From contig JBNJFI010000004.1 in the NCBI GenBank assembly GCA_051746725.1, forward strand, positions 2,530 through 58,482: a stretch of 55,953 bases of DNA. The letters are read 5' to 3'. Positions 38,035-45,954 of the stretch are shown in pieces. The position numbers were made by a program, and so were the translations under genes. The notes beneath the pieces were generated by a model that worked only from the letters and a program-made list of their open reading frames with translations, ran no database searches and was not told the origin of the DNA. Each line of letters begins with the position of its first letter. Within the stretch, counting starts at the first letter, position 1. The DNA is from Fusobacteriota bacterium (lineage in GTDB: Bacteria; Fusobacteriota; Fusobacteriia; Fusobacteriales; JBNJFI01).

Positions 38035-38068
38035 ATTTTACTATTATTTTTAATAATTGTCAATTATT
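38035..38068 (-). promoter_or_regulatory. PFOR promoter with an 8-1-8 inverted repeat over -35
   Basis: TTGACA-17 nt-TAAAAT; AATAATTG-t-CAATTATT at 38052-38068. Confidence 0.6.
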
Positions 38069-38077
38069 TATTCTAAT

Positions 38078-39268
38078 TTATTTCACTAGATTATAAGTAT
38101 CTTTCGCTATCATATATTCTTCATTGGTAGGTATAACTAAAACCTTTGTATCTGAATCTTTTGTTGAAAGAGTAAGTTTCTTTCCTCTCTTTTGGTTTTG
38201 TTTATCATCTAATTCAATACCCAACCATCCTAAGTTCTCTATTACTCCCTTTCGGATTGGAATCGAGTTTTCTCCAATTCCTGCTGTAAATACTATAGCA
38301 TCTACCCCATTAAGTTCAGCTACATAAGCTCCAATATATTTAACAATTCTTTTAATAAATATATCCACTGCTAATTGAGCTCTTCCATTACCTTCGTGAG
38401 CCGCCTTTAAGACATCTCGCATGTCACTAGAAACTCCTGATATTCCTAAAATACCACTTTCTTTATTTAAAATATGATCAACTTCATCAGAAGATAAATC
38501 TTCTTTTTTCATTAAAAAAGAAACAATTGCTGGATCTAAATCTCCACATCTACTTCCCATTACTAATCCTTCTAAAGGAGTAAATCCCATAGATGTATCT
38601 ATTACTTTTCCTCCATCAATAGCTGCTATACTTGCTCCATTTCCTATATGACAAGTAATTGTTTTTAAATCTTTAATATTTTCATCTAAATAATTTGCTG
38701 TTTCGTAAGCAACATATTTATGAGAAGTACCATGGAATCCATAACCTCTAATACCGTACTTTTCATAATATTTATATGGTATTGCATACAGATATGAAGA
38801 AGGTTCCATTGTTTGATGAAAAGCTGTATCAAATACTGCTATTTGCGGAGTATCAGGCATCATTTCTTGACACGCTAATATACCACCTTTATTGGCTGGA
38901 TTATGTAGTGGAGCTAAGCTTTCACAGTCCTCTATAGCTTTTAAAACTTCATTATTAACTATAACTGACTCAGAGAAGTTTTCTCCACCATGAACAACTC
39001 TATGTCCCACTGCATCAATATTTTTTATTGATTTTAATACTGATAATTCCTTATTAACAAGCTGATCTATAACCAACTCTAATGCCACTTTATGATTTGG
39101 TATATCCTTTGTTATTTCATTTTCATCATTTTTAGCTTCATGTGTTAGGACGCTTTCTTTAAGTCCTATTCTTTCAACAACACCTTTTGCTAGAACATTT
39201 TCTTCTTCTATATCAAATAACTGATATTTTAATGAAGAACTTCCACTATTAATAACTAATATATTCAT
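38078..39268 (-). CDS. ackA: Acetate kinase
   Basis: INSGSSSLK, GHRVVHGG, APLHNP, FDTAFH, YGFHGTSH, TAGIGEN, PTNEE. Confidence 0.98.
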   Translation of the reverse strand: MNILVINSGSSSLKYQLFDIEEENVLAKGVVERIGLKESVLTHEAKNDENEITKDIPNHKVALELVIDQLVNKELSVLKSIKNIDAVGHRVVHGGENFSESVIVNNEVLKAIEDCESLAPLHNPANKGGILACQEMMPDTPQIAVFDTAFHQTMEPSSYLYAIPYKYYEKYGIRGYGFHGTSHKYVAYETANYLDENIKDLKTITCHIGNGASIAAIDGGKVIDTSMGFTPLEGLVMGSRCGDLDPAIVSFLMKKEDLSSDEVDHILNKESGILGISGVSSDMRDVLKAAHEGNGRAQLAVDIFIKRIVKYIGAYVAELNGVDAIVFTAGIGENSIPIRKGVIENLGWLGIELDDKQNQKRGKKLTLSTKDSDTKVLVIPTNEEYMIAKDTYNLVK

Positions 39269-39281
39269 ATTATCCCCCTAT

Positions 39282-40277
39282 TTATTCGGTTTCAACTACT
39301 GTTATAGCAGCTACATTTACAATGTCTTCAACACTACAACCTCTAGACAAATCATTAACTGGTTTAGAAAGTCCTTGTAATAAAGGACCAAACGCTTCTC
39401 CGCCTGTTAATCTTTGAGTTAATTTATACGCTATGTTCCCTGCATTTAGATTTGGAAATACTAAGACATTAGCTCTCCCTTTTATAGGACTATCTGGAGC
39501 TTTTTTGGAAGCTATTCTAGGAACTATAGCTGCATCTGCTTGCAACTCTCCATCAAATTTAAAATCTACATTTCTGTTTTCCAAAATATTTTTTGCTTCA
39601 ATAATCTTGTCCAAAGATTTATGCTTTGCACTTCCCTTTGTTGAAAAAGAAAGGAGAGCAACTTTTGGATCTATATCACCTAGCAATCTACCCAATTGTG
39701 CTGAAGATTCTGCTATATCTGCTAACTGTTCCGCAGATGGATCAGGAACAACACCACAATCTGAATACATTAAAACTCCATCCTTACCAAAATCTTTGTT
39801 TGGTACTGTCATCAAAAAAGAACTTGAAACGGTTCTCAATCCCTCTTTTACCCCAATAACATGAATAGATGCTCTCAATACATCAGCAGTAGGAGAGCTA
39901 GAACCTGCAACCATTCCATCTGCATCTCCTAGCCTTACCATCATTGCTCCAAAATATCGCTCTTCAGTTTTCATTATCTGTTCAGCTTCATCAAAAGTCA
40001 TTCCCTTTTTTGCTCTTAATCTCTTCAATTCTAAAGAGTACTCTTTCAATTTTTCAAAACTTTCAGGATTAATAATTTCAATTTTTTCTAAATTTAAATT
40101 TTCCTTCCTAGCTCTTTCAAGTATCTCTTCTTTTTTTCCTATTAAAATCACATCTGCAATTTGTCTTTCTGTAATTAGTGCCGCTGCCTTTAAAACTCTA
40201 ACATCGTTAGACTCAGGCAAAACAATACGTTTAGCCATTTTTTTAGCCTTACCAATTATTTTCTCAATAACCGACAT
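39282..40277 (-). CDS. pta: Phosphate acetyltransferase
   Basis: RIVLPE, LSFSTKGS, DGELQADAA, GNIAYKL, KPVNDLSRGC. Confidence 0.97.
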   Translation of the reverse strand: MSVIEKIIGKAKKMAKRIVLPESNDVRVLKAAALITERQIADVILIGKKEEILERARKENLNLEKIEIINPESFEKLKEYSLELKRLRAKKGMTFDEAEQIMKTEERYFGAMMVRLGDADGMVAGSSSPTADVLRASIHVIGVKEGLRTVSSSFLMTVPNKDFGKDGVLMYSDCGVVPDPSAEQLADIAESSAQLGRLLGDIDPKVALLSFSTKGSAKHKSLDKIIEAKNILENRNVDFKFDGELQADAAIVPRIASKKAPDSPIKGRANVLVFPNLNAGNIAYKLTQRLTGGEAFGPLLQGLSKPVNDLSRGCSVEDIVNVAAITVVETE

Positions 40278-40346
40278 TTTTTACCTCCTAAGTATAATTT
40301 ATTTAAGTATATATTAACATATTTCACTCACAGTGTACAGGATTTT

Positions 40347-40709
40347 TTAACTTTTTTTAACGATTTCGATTATTTCTTTTATATCAAATGGTTTTTTTAT
40401 AAATTTTTTGACATTATATTCTGAGGCTTTCTCTAAATCTTTCTTCAATTTTTTAGATGATAATATAATAACATCTGTGTCTTTATTTTTTTCTATTTCT
40501 CTAATAATTTTTATAAAATCAAATCCTGATTGTATTGGTAAAATCAAATCTACAATTATTAAATCATACTTATTTCTTTTTACTAAGCTTTCACCCATAA
40601 AAACATCATCTGCTAAATCAACCTTATTCCCCTCTTTTTCTAAGTTCATTTGTAATATCTTTCTAGTAAACATTTCATCATCTAATACTAATACTCTTTT
40701 CTCGCTCAT
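40347..40709 (-). CDS. Single-domain response regulator (CheY-like receiver)
   Basis: VLVLDDE, LIIVD (phospho-Asp) LILP..SG, IILS, FIKKPF; no output domain. Confidence 0.88.
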   Translation of the reverse strand: MSEKRVLVLDDEMFTRKILQMNLEKEGNKVDLADDVFMGESLVKRNKYDLIIVDLILPIQSGFDFIKIIREIEKNKDTDVIILSSKKLKKDLEKASEYNVKKFIKKPFDIKEIIEIVKKS

Positions 40710-40712
40710 CTT

Positions 40713-42485
40713 TTATTCTCCTCTCAAATAAGTTAAGTTATACTCTAAACTTTCTTTAATCCCATTATACAGTTCTAAATTAATTTTTAAAATATCTTTC
40801 ATTGTTTTAGATTTTTTTGTTTCTTTCATAACTTTAGATATAACTGGTTGTGTTATACTATTCATAAATCTTGAGGTATTAATACTTTTTTGAAGTTCAC
40901 TTTCAATTTTTTCTAAATCATCTAAATTTAAATAACTATCTCGTTTTTGAGCTTTTTTTATTATACTAATAGCATCCGAGATCATTTCATTCATATCTTC
41001 TAATTGTGCAATTAATTGGTTTTTCTTTTTTTCTAAAATTAGTATTTTATTTTCATATTCTTTCTTCTTATATCTTTTAGATTTTATGATATTTGAAAAA
41101 TCAATCTTCTTGTTTTCTATATATTTAAAATAAGCTTCTTTAATCGTCATTATTTGAGTTCCTTTTATCTTTGCTCCACCTTCTGTGCAATCAAGAACTC
41201 TAAGATTTTCATTTTCTCTTTTATCTATCGATATATACCTTTCAAAATGCTCTTTAAAGGTTTTGAATTTTATATCAGATGTAACTTTTTCTCCATAAAT
41301 ATCTTCCATATAAGTGTTATATCTTCCATTTTCTAATTTATCTTCTTCATAAACAGTTGAAGAGGCATGAGTTTTTCCTCCTGAATAAGCTAAATCTTGT
41401 CCCATGAATATAACAGGATTACCACCACTTCTAACTGCAAAATCATAACAAGTTAATGCCACAGTACCTCCACTTTTCAAAAAACCTTTCTTACCTAAAA
41501 TTTCTTCTCCCCAACTACTCACTGTATCATTTGAAGCAAATACGACTTTATCTCCTGTGTGATTATCTAATATTTTAGGATTTATCATCAATTCATATAA
41601 TAATGGAATTTTTTTATAATTAATTCTTCGAAAATGCTCCCAATTTGCCTCTCCTCCATCGATTGAAACTATTAAATCAGGATTTATGTTTTCACTTAAA
41701 AGTTTTTTTACTACTGTTCCTACTGCGATTATTAAAGCTTTCCCTTTTATCCAATTTAAATATTTAATATTTTTATCTAAAGATGGACCGGCTGCAACAA
41801 TTATAATTGGAATATTTTTAAATTCATCAAAAAATTTATAAACTCCCATTGATTTAGCAAAATACTTTAAATTATAAAACCTATTTTTCTGCCACATTTT
41901 AGAAAATTCAAAAATAGTAGAAGTATTTACTAAGTGACTGCTCAATATATCTTTAATATTTTTTAATACCTTGAGATATTCTTTTTCATAAATTTCAAAT
42001 TCCACTTTATGTTTAACTATTTCATAATCTGGGACTAATCCAATTTTAAAATTTTGTTCAATCGCTTGCATCATTTCATATTTCTGATCAACATCAAATA
42101 TATATATATCATCTCTATTAAAAATTTTTTCTAGATCCCTAAATTCCATTGCTTTATATAGAACATCTAAATTATCTTGAAAAATAAAAACTTTAGTTCG
42201 CTCTTCTTTTAACTTTAACAATTCTTCAATGTGATATCCAAATCCAAATCCAAAAACTAATAATATATCTTTATCTTCTATTGTATGTTTTTTTATTAAT
42301 TTTGTTGCTTCTCGTTTAGGTCTATACATACTGTGTAATAATTTTTTTTTTAGTTTAGCGGTATAATCCCCTGTTTTAGTTTCAATTACTTCAATCTCTT
42401 TTATCTGTTTTGATGATTTTTTTAACAACTTATTATATATAGTTTTATTTTTTAGCTTTATATATTCTAAGTTTTTTTCTAACAT
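40713..42485 (-). CDS. Motility-associated factor (Maf)/DUF115 (MptE-like domain) protein, putative glycosyltransferase
   Basis: LHSMYRP.REA, VFGFGFGYH, IVAAGPSLDKNI, PDLIVSID, GGTVA, IFMGQDLAY...THA, CTEGGAKI; start moved to MLEK at 42485. Confidence 0.85.
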   Translation of the reverse strand: MLEKNLEYIKLKNKTIYNKLLKKSSKQIKEIEVIETKTGDYTAKLKKKLLHSMYRPKREATKLIKKHTIEDKDILLVFGFGFGYHIEELLKLKEERTKVFIFQDNLDVLYKAMEFRDLEKIFNRDDIYIFDVDQKYEMMQAIEQNFKIGLVPDYEIVKHKVEFEIYEKEYLKVLKNIKDILSSHLVNTSTIFEFSKMWQKNRFYNLKYFAKSMGVYKFFDEFKNIPIIIVAAGPSLDKNIKYLNWIKGKALIIAVGTVVKKLLSENINPDLIVSIDGGEANWEHFRRINYKKIPLLYELMINPKILDNHTGDKVVFASNDTVSSWGEEILGKKGFLKSGGTVALTCYDFAVRSGGNPVIFMGQDLAYSGGKTHASSTVYEEDKLENGRYNTYMEDIYGEKVTSDIKFKTFKEHFERYISIDKRENENLRVLDCTEGGAKIKGTQIMTIKEAYFKYIENKKIDFSNIIKSKRYKKKEYENKILILEKKKNQLIAQLEDMNEMISDAISIIKKAQKRDSYLNLDDLEKIESELQKSINTSRFMNSITQPVISKVMKETKKSKTMKDILKINLELYNGIKESLEYNLTYLRGE

Positions 42486-42501
42486 TACCCACCTCACCTT
42501 T

Positions 42502-43638
42502 TTATTCAAAAATAGCATCTACAAATTCATCTGGTTTGAATTTCCTAAGATCATTTATACCTTCTCCAACTCCTATATATTTAACAGGCTTTTTTAACTG
42601 TTCAGACACCGCGAAAACAATCCCGCCTTTAGCTGTTCCATCTAATTTGGTAATAACAAAACCAGTTAAATTACTAGCTTCATTGAAGATTTTTGCTTGG
42701 CTTAGAGCATTTTGCCCTGTGGTTCCATCAATAACTAAAAGACTCTCATAACTTTGTTCTCCTAGTTCATTTTTTATAATTTTATCTATTTTAGATAATT
42801 CCTTCATTAAATTATTTTTATTATGTAATCTTCCTGCAGTATCTAAAATAACGATATCTGCACCTTTCTTTCTTCCCGCTTTTAAGGTATCAAATACAAC
42901 AGCTCCGGGATCGGCACCTGATTGATGCTTAATTATATCAACATCTGCACGGGTAGTCCATTCCTCTAGTTGCTCAATAGCAGCAGCTCGAAAAGTATCT
43001 GCTGCACCAACAACTACCTTATTGCCTTTGTTTTTAAGATCCATGGCCATTTTTCCAATTGTAGTCGTTTTTCCAACCCCATTTACTCCTACAACCAAGA
43101 TTACATTCATTTTATCTTTTTTGATATTTAAATCTATACCATCTTTTATTAAAAAATCTTCCATAACTCTTCGTAAAACATCAAAAACTTTTTCTGGATC
43201 TTTAACTCCTTCTTCTTTAACTTTAGCCTCTAAATTTTCTACTATTTTCAATGTCATTTCAAAACCTACGTCAGATTGCACCAGGAGTTCTTCTAGTTCT
43301 TCATACATCTCATCATCAATTATTTTCCTGTTTAAAAATAATCCTTTTAATTTACCAAAAAGTCCATTTCGACTTTTAAATAATTTTTTTTTCAAACTTG
43401 TTAGTATTCCAGTTTTAGATTTTTTATCTTCTTTATTTTCTTCTTTATTTTCTTCTTTATTTTTTGTTTTAATATCTGTTTCGAGAGTCTTTTCTTTATT
43501 TATTTTGTTATCATTAGATTTTTTTTCTTCTTGTTTCTCTGTTTTATTATCTTCGTTAATTTTTTCGTCTATATCTTGTTTTATTTCTTCCTTTTCAGAA
43601 TTCTTACCCAATCCTTTAAAAAACTTTTTTATTCCCAT
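42502..43638 (-). CDS. ftsY: Signal recognition particle receptor FtsY
   Basis: GVNGVGKTTT, DTFRAAA, DTAGR, TKLDGTAKGG; charged low-complexity N-terminus. Confidence 0.97.
   Translation of the reverse strand: MGIKKFFKGLGKNSEKEEIKQDIDEKINEDNKTEKQEEKKSNDNKINKEKTLETDIKTKNKEENKEENKEDKKSKTGILTSLKKKLFKSRNGLFGKLKGLFLNRKIIDDEMYEELEELLVQSDVGFEMTLKIVENLEAKVKEEGVKDPEKVFDVLRRVMEDFLIKDGIDLNIKKDKMNVILVVGVNGVGKTTTIGKMAMDLKNKGNKVVVGAADTFRAAAIEQLEEWTTRADVDIIKHQSGADPGAVVFDTLKAGRKKGADIVILDTAGRLHNKNNLMKELSKIDKIIKNELGEQSYESLLVIDGTTGQNALSQAKIFNEASNLTGFVITKLDGTAKGGIVFAVSEQLKKPVKYIGVGEGINDLRKFKPDEFVDAIFE
43427..43462. repeat. 12-bp tandem repeat x3 within ftsY (KEEN units)
   Basis: TCTTCTTTATTT repeated three times exactly. 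Confidence 0.75.
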
Positions 43639-43648
43639 TTTTTCTCCT

Positions 43649-44806
43649 TTATTTTAAGAGTTTCTTTAATCTTTCTAATCCTTTTTTTATATTTTCCATT
43701 GAAGTTGCATATGAAAATCTAACATATTCATCTTTTCCAAATGCAATTCCAGGAACAATTGCAACTTTAGCTTTTTCTAGTACATAATCACAAAAGTCCG
43801 AACTACTCATCCCAAATTTTTCAATATTCGGCATAATATAAAAAGCTCCTCTCGGTTTATCTGGCAACTTAAATTTATCAATTTTTTTTAACTCTGAGAA
43901 CATATAATCTCGTCTTTTCTTAAATTCATCTATCATAATTTTTAAATCACCATCTGAAAGTTCCAAAGCTTTTTGAGCTGCTTTTTGAGCGATACTATTT
44001 GGATTTGAAGTCATATGACCTTGGAGACTAATTATACCATTAACTATATTCTTAGGAGCTGCTAAATAACCTATTCGCCACCCAGTCATTGCGTATGCTT
44101 TTGAAACTCCATTTATAATAATTGTTCTCTCTTTTATAGGTTTAGATATTGATGCAATTGACTTATGTTCTCCATCATAAGTTAATTTTTCATATATCTC
44201 ATCCGAAACTATAATAAGGTCATTTTCGACAGCAAACTCTCCTATTTCTTTTAATTGGTCTTCAGTCATAGTATTTCCAGTAGGATTATTCGGATTATTT
44301 ATTAATATTACTTTTGTTTTAGAAGTTAATTTTGCTTTTAATTTATCAACACTTAGTTTAAAATTTTCATCTACATTGGTATCAACAAAAACTGGTTTTC
44401 CACCTACCAATTTAATCATTTCAGGATAACTTACCCAATATGGACTCTGCAATAAAACTTCATCTCCTGGATTTAATATAGCTGAAAAAGTATTATATAA
44501 TGAGTGTTTTGCTCCATTAGATACCAAAATATTGTCTTTTGTATAGTCTAATCCATTATCTCTTTTTAATTTTTTTACAATATTTTCACGTAACTTATTG
44601 ATTCCTGAGACTTTAGTATAATGTGTAAACCCATTATCTATAGCCTTTTTTGCAAATTCTCTTACAATTTCAGGAGTATTAAAATCAGGTTCTCCTGCTC
44701 CAAAGGAAACTACTTCTTCGCCTTTCCCTTCTAATATTTTCACTTTTTTAATAAGATCTAAAGTTGCTGACGGTTCTATATTGGAAACTCGTTTTGACAA
44801 AATCAT
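43649..44806 (-). CDS. Class I PLP-dependent aminotransferase (aspartate aminotransferase-like)
   Basis: GAGEPDF, NGAKH, NNPNNPTG, SDEIYE, SKAYAMTGWRIG. Confidence 0.92.
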   Translation of the reverse strand: MILSKRVSNIEPSATLDLIKKVKILEGKGEEVVSFGAGEPDFNTPEIVREFAKKAIDNGFTHYTKVSGINKLRENIVKKLKRDNGLDYTKDNILVSNGAKHSLYNTFSAILNPGDEVLLQSPYWVSYPEMIKLVGGKPVFVDTNVDENFKLSVDKLKAKLTSKTKVILINNPNNPTGNTMTEDQLKEIGEFAVENDLIIVSDEIYEKLTYDGEHKSIASISKPIKERTIIINGVSKAYAMTGWRIGYLAAPKNIVNGIISLQGHMTSNPNSIAQKAAQKALELSDGDLKIMIDEFKKRRDYMFSELKKIDKFKLPDKPRGAFYIMPNIEKFGMSSSDFCDYVLEKAKVAIVPGIAFGKDEYVRFSYATSMENIKKGLERLKKLLK

Positions 44807-45492
44807 TTTTTATCACTCTTCTCCTTTTGTTTTTGTGCTTGAGATTTACTTAAATAAAAAGGTTCTAATTTATGTAAATTATCATCTTTTTTATCTACTG
44901 CAAGTTCTGCTAATATCGATGCTCTCAAAAAAGAGTTAGCCTTTTTAGTAAATTTGACATCTTCTCCAAATTGATTTTTTATGTAATCACGGTATACTAT
45001 ACTACCTCGACCAGTAAAAATGAGGTTTTCTTGATTATATTTTTTAAATATCTCTTCCAGTGATTCAACATTATAATCTTTTATTTTTTCTATTTTATCT
45101 CCCTTATATTCATATACCGAATAATACGCTCTTTTATGACGTGCATCAATTAATGGTATTATTTTTCGAGATGTATCTGAAATGTTATTTCCTAAAATAT
45201 CTAAACTATTTATACCTATAACAGGGATATTTAGAGAATATGCCAATCCCTTTGCAGTACCTATCCCTATCCTAATTCCAGTGAAAGATCCTGGGCCTAT
45301 CCCCACAGCTATTTTATCTATATCTTTTTTGGAAACTGTAGATATCTGAAATAAATTATTAATGGATTCCATCAATGTATCTGAATGATTAAACTTTACT
45401 TGTAAAATAGTTTCAGCTATTATTCCAGATTCATTATCATATAAAGCTACAGAACCTGTTTTAGTCGATGTCTCTATTCCTAGAATTAACAT
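44803..45492 (-). CDS. tsaB: tRNA t6A biosynthesis protein TsaB
   Basis: LGIETS, HSDTL, GPGSFTGIRIG, IDARH, LEPFYL. Confidence 0.95.
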   Translation of the reverse strand: MLILGIETSTKTGSVALYDNESGIIAETILQVKFNHSDTLMESINNLFQISTVSKKDIDKIAVGIGPGSFTGIRIGIGTAKGLAYSLNIPVIGINSLDILGNNISDTSRKIIPLIDARHKRAYYSVYEYKGDKIEKIKDYNVESLEEIFKKYNQENLIFTGRGSIVYRDYIKNQFGEDVKFTKKANSFLRASILAELAVDKKDDNLHKLEPFYLSKSQAQKQKEKSDKK

Positions 45493-45937
45493 ATTTTAGT
45501 ATCTCCTTTTTTCTATTTTTATCTCCAATATAATCAATAGTGATATTTCGTTTTGATTCGGTATTATATTCAAAATTAATCTTCAAATATTTCTCTGGTA
45601 ATTCTGACTCAATTAAGTTGGCCCATTCAATTAAAATTATTCCATTGGCATTTAAATAATCTTCATATCCAATGTCATATATCTCCCAAGGTTCAGAAAT
45701 TCTATAAACATCAAAATGAAAAATAGAAATTCCATTTAAATCGTATTCTCTCACATATGTATATGTAGGACTTTTTATCGTTTTAGTTACTCCTAATGAT
45801 TTTCCAATTTCTTTTACAAAAGTTGTTTTTCCTGTCCCTAAATTACCATTTAAAGCAACAACATCCCCTGGTTTTAAAATATTACTTATTTTTTTTGCTA
45901 ATTCATTTGCTTGCTTTAAAGTATATGTTTTTTTCAT
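45461..45937 (-). CDS. tsaE: tRNA t6A biosynthesis ATPase TsaE
   Basis: GNLGTGKTTF, KSPTY, HFDVYR, LIEWA. Confidence 0.95.
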   Translation of the reverse strand: MKKTYTLKQANELAKKISNILKPGDVVALNGNLGTGKTTFVKEIGKSLGVTKTIKSPTYTYVREYDLNGISIFHFDVYRISEPWEIYDIGYEDYLNANGIILIEWANLIESELPEKYLKINFEYNTESKRNITIDYIGDKNRKKEILKYVNSRNRDID

Positions 45938-45954
45938 ATATTATTCAATCCCCA

